The notes beneath the pieces were generated by a model that saw nothing but the letters and a program-made list of their open reading frames with translations, searched no databases and was not told the origin of the DNA. Source: a virus (Duplodnaviria > Caudoviricetes). Taken from it: a stretch of DNA of 64,000 nt. Positions 36,527 to 44,470 of this stretch are shown here, piece after piece. The stretch is taken from the IMG/VR virus record IMGVR_UViG_2974533383_000001, positions 3,593 to 67,592 of that record. One strand, 5' to 3'. Numbering within the stretch: the first letter of the stretch is position 1; every line of letters starts with the position of its first letter. The translations under genes and the position numbers were made by a program.

Positions 36527-37038
36527 TTGTTCAGCACTTCGATAGCAGCCTTGAGGGCGGCCTCGTTCACGGTCGAGACGACCTTCTCCTTGGCCTTGTC
36601 GATGTTGGACTTGAACTCCTTGCCCATCAGCGACTTAGTGGCATCATCCACCAGCTCCTGCAGGTTGCCGGCAGGGGAGGAGTAGGAGCGGTTCCGGTCG
36701 CGGGGACCAGTCAGCCACTTCTCCAGCGCCTCGCCGATCAGCTCCTTGACCGTCACGGGCTCGCCCTTGGACTCGCCCCAGTTGTTGGTGCGCTGGAGGG
36801 GTGCGTCGAACGCCTCCTCCACCATGGCCTTGACCTTCTCCTCGATCCTGGTCTTGAACTGGTGGTCGATCTTTTCGCGGATATCCTTCTGCAGCTGGTA
36901 ATCGCTGGGCACCAGCTTCTCCACCGCAGCCTCCACGATCAGGTCGCGAAGGCTCAGGCCGCGGGTAGGGTTGCCGTCCTCGTCGTAATCGGACAGGCCG
37001 AGGTGGGCGAGGTCGATTTCAATCTTCATGCCACTCAT
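36523..37038 (-). CDS. hypothetical helical protein
   Basis: 171 aa, with RBS. Confidence 0.75.
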   Translation of the reverse strand: MSGMKIEIDLAHLGLSDYDEDGNPTRGLSLRDLIVEAAVEKLVPSDYQLQKDIREKIDHQFKTRIEEKVKAMVEEAFDAPLQRTNNWGESKGEPVTVKELIGEALEKWLTGPRDRNRSYSSPAGNLQELVDDATKSLMGKEFKSNIDKAKEKVVSTVNEAALKAAIEVLNK

Positions 37039-37049
37039 GGGTGTGATCC

Positions 37050-37358
37050 TTACTTCTGCTTTGTGCGGTTGTCGAAGTGGTCCCCGACCTCATGGGATTC
37101 CCAGTCGCCCTTAGTGGTGGCAACGTCGTGGATATCACCGTTGGAGTCGCGGACTTTGTACCCGTAGGAGTCGGGAACGTAGTTCTGCATAGGCATCCAC
37201 AGAGTGCAGACGCCCTTGTCGTTCATGGAAGCGCAGTAGGTGGTGGTGTAGTAGTAGCCCTCTGAGAAGGTTTTCTCTGCCACCACCCCCTGGCCCTGCC
37301 ACCCACACCCGGTAAGTGCGAGCAGCAGGGCCAGGATCAGCGCGAGCCTAGCCCTCAT
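37050..37358 (-). CDS. lipoprotein
   Basis: MRARLALILALLLALTGC: basic N-region, hydrophobic core, lipobox LTGC. Confidence 0.75.
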   Translation of the reverse strand: MRARLALILALLLALTGCGWQGQGVVAEKTFSEGYYYTTTYCASMNDKGVCTLWMPMQNYVPDSYGYKVRDSNGDIHDVATTKGDWESHEVGDHFDNRTKQK

Positions 37359-37821
37359 TCGGAGTTTCGTCGTCCTTGGGAGTCTCGCTGTACTCCCGCA
37401 TCAGCTTGATGATGTCGCGCGGGTCGAAGTCGCCAGAGAGCAGCTTCTCCGCGATGTGCGCCGGGACCGGGAAGGCTCCGAGTAGGTGCTCATGTCCACC
37501 ATGGCCAGCATGGTCCTCCACGAATGCCTTGTGGTTCTTGCGGACCTGCTTGTCGCGGAACTTCTCCAGGGCCAGCGCCTCGCTGAACATGTCCCCGGTG
37601 GGGTGGGTGTCAGCGTAGTCGTGGCCGGTAGTGATGTACTCAGCCAGGCGGATCAGCGCCTCGGCGGAGGTGGCGCCGGCTCCCTTGGGGGCATCACTGC
37701 CGAAGGCTGCCACGAGGCCGGACTTAGGGGCTTCGCCGGCGACCAGGTCACGGGCATCCTTGAGAGCCTGCAAGCGCTGGGCGGGGGTGGAATCAGTAAT
37801 GGTCGGCAGTTCGTTGTACAT
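37348..37821 (-). CDS. hypothetical protein
   Basis: 157 aa; RBS GAGGAG. Confidence 0.7.
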   Translation of the reverse strand: MYNELPTITDSTPAQRLQALKDARDLVAGEAPKSGLVAAFGSDAPKGAGATSAEALIRLAEYITTGHDYADTHPTGDMFSEALALEKFRDKQVRKNHKAFVEDHAGHGGHEHLLGAFPVPAHIAEKLLSGDFDPRDIIKLMREYSETPKDDETPNEG

Positions 37822-38096
37822 CAGTTGCTCTCCTCGGTGGTTGTGGATTCTGCGGGGGTGGGGACCTGCTCGCGGATCAGGCCCGCCAGCAACTCGAAGG
37901 TTTCGGCCAGTTCGGTGGGGCCGAGGCCAGTGGAGTCAACGGTCAGCGTCTCCTCCTCCTGGTCCATCTCGATCAGGATCAGCGGCTGGAAGCCCAGCGC
38001 AATCTGGCGCAGGACAATCTCGCCAGCTTCGCCGTCACGCAGGATCAGGTTGATCGAGGGGCCGGAATCCTCGGTGGACTCAGGTTCGGTGCTCAT
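37821..38096 (-). CDS. acidic hypothetical protein, paralog of the next gene
   Basis: 91 aa; shares L..I..G..P..LI..D.....VD.T.L pattern with 38112-38471. Confidence 0.7.
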   Translation of the reverse strand: MSTEPESTEDSGPSINLILRDGEAGEIVLRQIALGFQPLILIEMDQEEETLTVDSTGLGPTELAETFELLAGLIREQVPTPAESTTTEESN

Positions 38097-38111
38097 GGGT
38101 GTCTCTCTTTC

Positions 38112-38471
38112 CTAGGTGAACTGCTTGGTGGCGGGATTGTCGGGGCTGGGGTTGGTGGAGTTGGCCAGCGCGGTGAACAGGTTGTGCATGTCCTCCAGCG
38201 TCAGCCGGGTGGCATCGACGTGGATTTCGTTGGCGACAAAGTCCACGGTGATCAGCGCGACGGGCTCACCACCGCCCACCACCACATGCTTGAGCTCGAC
38301 GGCGGACTCGTCAAAGGGGCGCTGGGTCAGCGCGATGCGCATCCCCGGCTCCTTGGCCTCCTCCACCTTCTTCGCCCGGCTGGCACGCGGCTTGGCCGGA
38401 GCCTTGCGGGCAGCTGGCTTGCGGGTTGCGGGCTTGCGCTTGGCCGGAGCCTTGGGCTTTTCCTCGGTCAC
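38112..38471 (-). CDS. protein with K/A/P-rich histone-like N-terminal tail
   Basis: KPKAPAKRKPATRKPAARKAPAKPRASRAKK; RBS AAGGAGG. Confidence 0.75.
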   Translation of the reverse strand: MTEEKPKAPAKRKPATRKPAARKAPAKPRASRAKKVEEAKEPGMRIALTQRPFDESAVELKHVVVGGGEPVALITVDFVANEIHVDATRLTLEDMHNLFTALANSTNPSPDNPATKQFT

Positions 38472-38740
38472 TATGCCTCCTTGGTGGCGGGGTGGGTCGG
38501 GTGCCCGACCGTGATGAACTCTGCGGGCATGCGCATTGCGGATCCCATGAACTTGGCGAAGTCCTCCACCTTCCAGCGCGGGTCCAGCCCCACCGAGCCA
38601 CCCTTGATGAAGTAGACGCGGACCCGGGTGATGTGGCCCTCGGTCGCGGGATAGGGCGCCTTCTCCGTCACCGTGGAGGCGGACTGGATTTGGTCAATCT
38701 GGAACAGTTGGCCGTCGAAGACCATGAAGCTAGGACTCAT
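38471..38740 (-). CDS. hypothetical protein (89 aa)
   Basis: start MSPSFMVFDG; 3' end contains a repeat copy. Confidence 0.65.
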   Translation of the reverse strand: MSPSFMVFDGQLFQIDQIQSASTVTEKAPYPATEGHITRVRVYFIKGGSVGLDPRWKVEDFAKFMGSAMRMPAEFITVGHPTHPATKEA

Positions 38741-38987
38741 TGCTGCCTTTCGGATAGATGCCCTTGCGCTGGAGTTCCCGGCGCAGGTTCTTGTAGCCCC
38801 GGTGATCGGAGCCGGTGAAGTGCGTGCCGCTGATAGCACCGTTGGTGCCGTAGAGGATGATGCCGGACTTGGTGAACTTGTAGTCCACCCCGGCTCTGTA
38901 GGCGTCCATGAGGAGGTCCCGCAGCTCAGGCTTCTTGCCGCAGCGCCTCCTCAGCATTCTGGAGAAGTCGGTGGATTTACCACTCAC
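38730..38987 (-). CDS. HicA-like (dsRBD-fold) toxin homolog
   Basis: FTKSGIILYG..G...H.TGSDHRGYKNLRRELQRKG matches the actinophage HicA-like TxSDxR..N...L.R.G pattern. Confidence 0.55.
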   Translation of the reverse strand: MSGKSTDFSRMLRRRCGKKPELRDLLMDAYRAGVDYKFTKSGIILYGTNGAISGTHFTGSDHRGYKNLRRELQRKGIYPKGSNES

Positions 38988-39301
38988 CGGCCCAGCGCCT
39001 CGTCCTCCATGCGCAGCGCCTTGTGCTCATAGCAGAGGTAGCGCTGGTTACCACCCTTGATGCGCAGGACAATCGCCCGGCCGAAGGTGAAGCGCTTCTC
39101 GGCGTTGACCTCGTCACGGCAGTCATCGCACTGGCGCGAAGCTCCCTTGTAGGTCCGGTACGAGAGCTTATTGGCGTCGTCATCCTCGTCTTTCTTGGAG
39201 CGCTGGCGGACCTGCTTGACCGGCGCATCCTCCAACCCGGGGATGGGGAGGGGGACATCCTCCCACAACTGCGGGCCGGGCTTCTTCGGCAGCGGCTTCA
39301 C
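38984..39301 (-). CDS. hypothetical protein with CxxC...C..H
   Basis: CDDC and YLCYEH. Confidence 0.65.
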   Translation of the reverse strand: MKPLPKKPGPQLWEDVPLPIPGLEDAPVKQVRQRSKKDEDDDANKLSYRTYKGASRQCDDCRDEVNAEKRFTFGRAIVLRIKGGNQRYLCYEHKALRMEDEALGR

Positions 39302-39651
39302 CCGCGCCTCCCCGCCATGACCGGCTGGGCCCTGCGCAGCCTGGCCCCAGCGTTCTGCCGCGCCAACCTGGCCTTGCGGGCTGCGGCGAACTCCTCTGCC
39401 TGGCGAATGTTATCGAGGTCCTTGGCCGTCAGCACCACATCGGGCTTGGGCTGGCTCTTGCGCTCGATCACTTCCGGTGACTTGCGGTAGCACCCTGCGC
39501 ACATCCTGTTGCCCGCCCTGGCGACGGTGTTCTTGAACTCCTCCGGCAGCTGTGAGGCCAGCCATGAGGTGGGGCGGGTATCCCTGCCGCACGTCCCCTC
39601 GCAGGGGTAGACCAGCTGGGGATCAAAGACCGGAACCTTCTTCTTGACCAT
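39298..39651 (-). CDS. Zn-finger-like basic protein
   Basis: CEGTCGR...MCAGCY; Arg-rich C-terminus. Confidence 0.65.
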   Translation of the reverse strand: MVKKKVPVFDPQLVYPCEGTCGRDTRPTSWLASQLPEEFKNTVARAGNRMCAGCYRKSPEVIERKSQPKPDVVLTAKDLDNIRQAEEFAAARKARLARQNAGARLRRAQPVMAGRRG

Positions 39652-40733
39652 TACGCTTCCTTCTTGGCACGCGGCTTACGGGGTGCCTTGGGGCCGGGGA
39701 TCGGACGGATATCGAGCTTGGTGAATCCGGCGCGGGTGTACGCCTTCATCTCGGACGGGCCCACCTCCACCCAGCGGACGGTGTGGGTGCCGGTGGTGCC
39801 GGACAGGGTGGGCGGGATCAGCTTCTTCAAGCGGTCCTTTTCCTTCTTGCCGGAGGACTCCCGCTCATTGGCTGCAGCGTAGGAGTTGATGTAGGAGAGG
39901 ATTTCTGGATCCTCAATCAAGCCCTCAGCGTCGGTGTCGCCGCCGCGGCAGACCGTCGCGTATTCGCAGTAAGCCCAGCACCATTCGCGGGCCTTGTCGC
40001 GGGAGGCGTCCTGGCCGTTGATGACGGCGTACTTCACGTCCTCCACCCACTGGTCAATCTCGATCAGGACCTCGGGGTCATACCACATGCCGAAGGTGTA
40101 CGGCACGGGCTGGGCGCCGGAGCGGTCGTAGTACACATCGTTGATCCAGATGGGCTCGTCCGGGTTGAGGAGGCCCTTGCGGATCATCGCGTTGACGTAC
40201 TGAGTGAGTTGGAAAATCTGCTGCTGGGAGGGGCCGTACTGCTTGACGTAGTCCAGCTTGTCCTTGCTCTTGAGGTCCCAGACCCCCTGGACGCATTTGT
40301 AGGGGACGTCCTCACCCTTCTCTCGTCGGGCCTCCTGCTCCTCGAACTCTTTGACCGTCGCCGATCCCTCCCACGGGATGACAAGGTCAGCGTGGGTGTC
40401 CACGCCGCCGCCGGACAGGAAGGTCGAGTGCCCCTCCTCCTGGACCAGCAGGTTCGGGTGCATGACTTTGAGCTGCTTCTCGATGGCGTCACCAAGCACG
40501 GTGCCGATGAATGCTGCGGTCACGTCGCGCTCGTCCGACGGTGGAGTCTGGCGGATCATCAGGACCGCATGCTGACGGCAGTGGCCGATATTGGATGCGC
40601 CGAGCTTGAACTCGCGCTGCTGCTCCGAGCGATCGGTTCCGTTCGACGCCGCTTGGATCGCGTCGTAGACCATGGTGGACGCTATCTTCTCGAAGGGGCT
40701 TTCGCTGTGCTCGATAACTCTCTGGTACTGCAT
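39651..40733 (-). CDS. Cas4-like / PD-(D/E)xK exonuclease
   Basis: ASNIGHCRQ, GT..GDAIE, HADLVI, WDLKS, QL..Y, and C-terminal WCWAYCEYATVC (four Cys in total, Fe-S-type arrangement). Confidence 0.85.
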   Translation of the reverse strand: MQYQRVIEHSESPFEKIASTMVYDAIQAASNGTDRSEQQREFKLGASNIGHCRQHAVLMIRQTPPSDERDVTAAFIGTVLGDAIEKQLKVMHPNLLVQEEGHSTFLSGGGVDTHADLVIPWEGSATVKEFEEQEARREKGEDVPYKCVQGVWDLKSKDKLDYVKQYGPSQQQIFQLTQYVNAMIRKGLLNPDEPIWINDVYYDRSGAQPVPYTFGMWYDPEVLIEIDQWVEDVKYAVINGQDASRDKAREWCWAYCEYATVCRGGDTDAEGLIEDPEILSYINSYAAANERESSGKKEKDRLKKLIPPTLSGTTGTHTVRWVEVGPSEMKAYTRAGFTKLDIRPIPGPKAPRKPRAKKEA

Positions 40734-40763
40734 GGATTCCTCTCGTGGATGTGGGGGAAGGGT

Positions 40764-40798
40764 AGCGCGGGGCACCGACAATTTCAGTGCCCCGCGCT
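40764..40798. terminator. 12-bp hairpin abutting a repeat copy
   Basis: AGCGCGGGGCAC / GTGCCCCGCGCT. Confidence 0.45.
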
Positions 40799-40815
40799 GG
40801 GTCGGGTGCCCGACC

Positions 40816-41622
40816 CTAGTTGTCGGTCTCGCCGCTCAGCGGGCCGACCGGCTGGCCGTCCACTGTCGCCTGCCCGGGGAACGGGTCAGCTACGTGCTGC
40901 TGATAGCCCTGGCCGGCGGGGTCCTGCTCGGCATCCTTGGCTGCCCGGGCGGACAGTGCCGAGTTCAACAGACCCTGGTTGACCGCGTGCTGCTCGTCGG
41001 TCACGCCGGGGTGGCGCTCGACGCCATGGGCTGCCTGGGGGTGCTGGCCCTCCACCGCCGCCTGCATCTTCTTCACGGACTCGGCGTCGAAGCGAGCGCC
41101 GTTGCGCCACTCCTGTCCGGGGGCGACAATCCAGCGGACGACGTCATTGGTGCTGCCGCTGTCGTAGAGCGAGAGGCCGAACTGCGTGCCCAGCTGGATC
41201 GCGCAGCGCTTCAAGGCATCGGAAGCGGAGGACTTGAGGGCCATGTCCATGGCCTCGCCAAGCACCGGCTGGGCGTTGAACCCCACCGCCACCTCGTCAT
41301 AGAACGCGGCGAGCTGCGGGATGATCAGCCGGGAGGTGGTGGAGAACGCGATGGACCAGTTCATCTTGTCCTTGTTCGAGGACTGCGGAACCTGCTCCCG
41401 GTAGACCAGCTCCTGATGGATGATCTGCAGGGACCATCCGCCGAAGCCGAAGACCCGGTTCAGCATGGCCTTCACGTCCCATGCTTCGAGATAGCTCATG
41501 CCCTTCTTGGCCGCCACGCGGCTCTGCTGCAGGTTGGCCATGAGCGTCTTGAGCTGGCTCTCGGTGAGGGGGCGGACCTCGTCATAATTGAAATGCGGTG
41601 GGGGCATGGGGGTGAATGTCAT
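40816..41622 (-). CDS. Rad52/Rad22-family single-strand annealing protein
   Basis: GMSYLEAWDVKAMLNRVFGFGGWS and ALKSSASDALKRCAIQLG.QFGLSLY motifs. Confidence 0.92.
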   Translation of the reverse strand: MTFTPMPPPHFNYDEVRPLTESQLKTLMANLQQSRVAAKKGMSYLEAWDVKAMLNRVFGFGGWSLQIIHQELVYREQVPQSSNKDKMNWSIAFSTTSRLIIPQLAAFYDEVAVGFNAQPVLGEAMDMALKSSASDALKRCAIQLGTQFGLSLYDSGSTNDVVRWIVAPGQEWRNGARFDAESVKKMQAAVEGQHPQAAHGVERHPGVTDEQHAVNQGLLNSALSARAAKDAEQDPAGQGYQQHVADPFPGQATVDGQPVGPLSGETDN

Positions 41623-41628
41623 GTATCC

Positions 41629-41657
41629 ATCCTATCGTTTTTCGTTAACAAAGTCAA
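41629..41657 (-). promoter_or_regulatory. SigA-type promoter, probably leaderless
   Basis: TTGACT-17 nt-TAGGAT, then 6 nt to the ATG of the Rad52-like gene. Confidence 0.75.
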
Positions 41658-41774
41658 GCTTCAAGATTCAGTTAGCGTCTTGATTCTCTGGTTAATGAGA
41701 GCCGCTACAAGGCTCTGTGCGGGGACAGAAAAGGTCGGGACGGACATTCACCCATCCCGACCCCTTCCAGGCTG

Positions 41775-41999
41775 TCAGGCGACGTAGGAGCGCGCCCCGT
41801 CGATAGCCTCCTGAGACATCCCCGCCGCCTCATAGAAGCGAACGCGGTTGAAGCCGCCATGCTGGCGCTGCAAAGCCGAGGCCGTGATGGTCACCATGTG
41901 CGCCCAGGCGGCGACTGCGGTGCTGTCATCTCCGGTCCCGGGCTTGGCCTCGCGGTACTCCTTGGCCAGCTCAGTAAAGAACCTCCGCCCCAGCGACAT
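41775..41999 (-). CDS. hypothetical protein
   Basis: 74 aa; F...RFYEAAG motif; coupled start. Confidence 0.65.
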   Translation of the reverse strand: MSLGRRFFTELAKEYREAKPGTGDDSTAVAAWAHMVTITASALQRQHGGFNRVRFYEAAGMSQEAIDGARSYVA

Positions 42000-42532
42000 T
42001 AGAACTTCCTCCCGTGCTTGTAGGGGCGGGTGGTGTTGTAATGGCGCTTGGTCCGGTCGGCCTCGACGTACTTGTCCTCGCCGTCCACGAGGTAGACCAG
42101 GTCGTTGATGCGGATGTTGGCATCTGCCAACTCGACCAGGAACCCCTCCGGCTTGCAGAGCGGCTTGCCGTCGGCGTCGTAGCTCTGCTTGTCGTAGTAG
42201 ACCGTTTCTTCGCTGACCGTCTTGCCGGAGTCATCCTTGAGCTTGATGGTCGTGGAGTAGTAAATCTCCAGTGGATCGCGGCCGGAGCGGATTTCGCCCA
42301 GCGCCTCGGAGATTTCCTCGTGGATCAGCGCCAGCTTCTCGGTGATCGCCCGGCGCAGGTTCGCCTTGTAGGTTTCTGACTCCCCGGAGATGTCTGCGCT
42401 GGTGTTGCGATGCGGCCAGTCGTCATGGAAGCCATGGTCCGCGGAGTTCCCGCCGGCGGCATTGATGTGGAGGCGCTGGCCTGCTCCGATCAGGCGGTCC
42501 GTCTCGGAGATGGTGGGTGTGTCAGTGCTCAT
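41999..42532 (-). CDS. MazG-like nucleotide pyrophosphohydrolase
   Basis: KLALIHEEISEALGE.R...ELADANIRI.D...K..YN..RPYKHG. Confidence 0.85.
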   Translation of the reverse strand: MSTDTPTISETDRLIGAGQRLHINAAGGNSADHGFHDDWPHRNTSADISGESETYKANLRRAITEKLALIHEEISEALGEIRSGRDPLEIYYSTTIKLKDDSGKTVSEETVYYDKQSYDADGKPLCKPEGFLVELADANIRINDLVYLVDGEDKYVEADRTKRHYNTTRPYKHGRKF

Positions 42533-42762
42533 GAATGTGCTGCCTTTCGTTGTGTTGATCCTTGGTGTTGGGCATACCAGCGCACGCCGAGGTTGGCTAG
42601 CTCAGTTACGCCTTGCGGGCTGGTAAATGCCCACTGAATTGCTTCACCCGTTTCGAGTCCGTGCGGGTGGTCATATGGTGAATGTCGCTCACCGATCATG
42701 GTGATCGCGGATTCGTCGACCGAGTCCGGCACATGGACCTCGATACTAATGCTGTGAGTCAT
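42529..42762 (-). CDS. hypothetical protein (77 aa)
   Basis: RBS GAGGGGG; MTHSISIEVHVP... Confidence 0.6.
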   Translation of the reverse strand: MTHSISIEVHVPDSVDESAITMIGERHSPYDHPHGLETGEAIQWAFTSPQGVTELANLGVRWYAQHQGSTQRKAAHS

Positions 42763-43087
42763 CAGTTCCCCCCTCATTATCGTCCACAAAGACGACCTTG
42801 CCGTCTGTAGTGAAGCGTACCCATCCCATGAATGTCTTGATAGGGACGGATGCAACATCGGTTTCATGGACGCTAACGATGAAGCCCAGCTCTTGGGCTC
42901 TCTTGGGGTTCGCATGTGCCCATCGGTGGTCGGTAGTGCAGAGGCCGACGAGAATTTCGATGGCATGGCCACCTTCCCGTCGGCGCTGCCGGTGATGCAC
43001 CTCGCTGTAGCCGGAGCCACAGCGGGCGCATTGTCCGTTCTGTCGCTCCCGGACCAGCTCTCGTGCCCTGGTCGGGATCGCCGACAT
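42746..43087 (-). CDS. HNH endonuclease
   Basis: CARC...HHRQRRREGG....LVGLCTTDHRWAH. Confidence 0.85.
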   Translation of the reverse strand: MSAIPTRARELVRERQNGQCARCGSGYSEVHHRQRRREGGHAIEILVGLCTTDHRWAHANPKRAQELGFIVSVHETDVASVPIKTFMGWVRFTTDGKVVFVDDNEGGTDDSQH

Positions 43088-43632
43088 TAGAAGGGAACGT
43101 CCGGAACGGGCTGCAGCTCGGTGATGAAGAAGCTGTAGATGTCGCCGGACATCAGCCAGTTCGTCACGGCATTCCAGTCACGGAACTCCTGGGTGCCGGG
43201 CTTGGTGCCGGTGGAGAACCAGCGCTTGTCAGGGGTCCGCACCAGCAGGAACTCGTAGCTCTTGCCCTTGCGGTTGTACTTGACGCTAACGCTGATCCTT
43301 TCCCTTCGCGGCTCCGCTGGCTTGTGCTTGACGATGTCCTGCAGGTAGTCAATCCGGTCGGCGAGGGTCTGCTGCAGCTCCAGAGCGCACTGCAGTTCGC
43401 GCTCGGGATCGGGGGAGGGGGTTTGTGCTGGGTGCATGTAGATCGTTCCCTTTGCTGGTGGGAGGTAGACGCCGCCGGTATCGACGACGCCGTACCTGCG
43501 GCGGGTGTTGGAATCGAGATGGCGGCGGGTGCCGCGGGGACGGACGCCGGTGCTGTAGAAGTCGGCGCGGTCCTCGTCAATGGCCCGCTCCAACTCTGCC
43601 GACTCCATGGATTCGGTGTAGTAATCAGCCAT
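43087..43632 (-). CDS. hypothetical protein (181 aa)
   Basis: RBS AAGGAGG; C-terminal domain YEFLLVRTPDKRWFSTG. Confidence 0.7.
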   Translation of the reverse strand: MADYYTESMESAELERAIDEDRADFYSTGVRPRGTRRHLDSNTRRRYGVVDTGGVYLPPAKGTIYMHPAQTPSPDPERELQCALELQQTLADRIDYLQDIVKHKPAEPRRERISVSVKYNRKGKSYEFLLVRTPDKRWFSTGTKPGTQEFRDWNAVTNWLMSGDIYSFFITELQPVPDVPF

Positions 43633-44005
43633 TGGTGGCATCCTCCTTCGGGGGTTTGGTGGACCAGGTGAAGGCGAAGTCCTTCACCCAGTCCGGAACG
43701 TCGGTCTCCTCGCCCCGGAGGCCGGCGGGGCCGTCGATCAGGAAGTTGCCCACCATGGGTGAGCCAAAGTCGCCGATGCCGTTGCCTGTCTCGTAGGCCA
43801 GCAATTGCATGGCCCGTGCATTCATGCGTTCGCGGGCCTCGGGGTGGAACAGTCCCTCGTCGTCGCACCAGAAGGTCAGCTTGTCGGTGCCGATGCGGTC
43901 CACCGTCTGGCAGTCGATCAGCTGGTACATGTCTTGCAGCCCGTTGAACTCGACCTCGCGGATCGGCTCGTCATTGTCGAACGGGATCAGGATTCCCTTG
44001 GTCAT
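43625..44005 (-). CDS. DUF3846-like protein
   Basis: GILIP...LQDMYQLI...WCDDEGL...N.RA...VGNFLI.G. Confidence 0.7.
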   Translation of the reverse strand: MTKGILIPFDNDEPIREVEFNGLQDMYQLIDCQTVDRIGTDKLTFWCDDEGLFHPEARERMNARAMQLLAYETGNGIGDFGSPMVGNFLIDGPAGLRGEETDVPDWVKDFAFTWSTKPPKEDATNG

Positions 44006-44427
44006 TAGTCCTCCTCGTAGGTGACAGTGCCGGTCTGGGTCAGCATCTCGCCGCCGCGGAAGACGTTCCGCCATTTCGCGCGGTCCTCGCCTTCCCACTC
44101 GACATAGCTGCCTTCATCGACAAATGGAGCCAGCGCCCGGAGGAAATGCTCCTCGCCTCCGGTCTTGCTGTCGTACCAGCCAAGGCGGAACCCCTCCGCG
44201 GTCATTTCGTTGTCCTGGAATCCAACCTCCTGCATGATGTCCTCGACGGTGTGCAGGTTCTTGTCGTAATCCGGGTCCATCCAGGCGAACCACTTCTCGC
44301 CAGTGGAGGAGCCGCCGGTCTTCAAATCGTCGCGCTGGTTGAGCGCCTTGAGTGCTGCCAGTGCTTCGGGAAGCTTGGCGGCGGGGATGGTGACCTCCAC
44401 CGCCGTCGCCTCTACGTTGTAACCCAT
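44005..44427 (-). CDS. conserved phage hypothetical protein (140 aa)
   Basis: YDSKTG.E..FL.ALAPFV..GSYVEW.GED...W; preceded by a repeat copy and an RBS. Confidence 0.75.
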   Translation of the reverse strand: MGYNVEATAVEVTIPAAKLPEALAALKALNQRDDLKTGGSSTGEKWFAWMDPDYDKNLHTVEDIMQEVGFQDNEMTAEGFRLGWYDSKTGGEEHFLRALAPFVDEGSYVEWEGEDRAKWRNVFRGGEMLTQTGTVTYEED

Positions 44428-44470
44428 GGTGTGTCTCGCTTTCTGTGGTGGAGGGTCGGGTGCCCGACCC

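Noticed and set aside
41733-41763. GGTCGGGA...TCCCGACC hairpin resembling the 18-bp element
   Set aside because: The arms differ and the loop is much longer than 4 nt. I treated it as a separate hairpin and did not count it.
42590-42675. tRNA-like fragments (GCTAGCTCAGTT and TTCGAGTCC) on the plus strand
   Set aside because: I could not fold a proper anticodon stem or T stem, and the segment is antisense to a plausible ORF (42529-42762).
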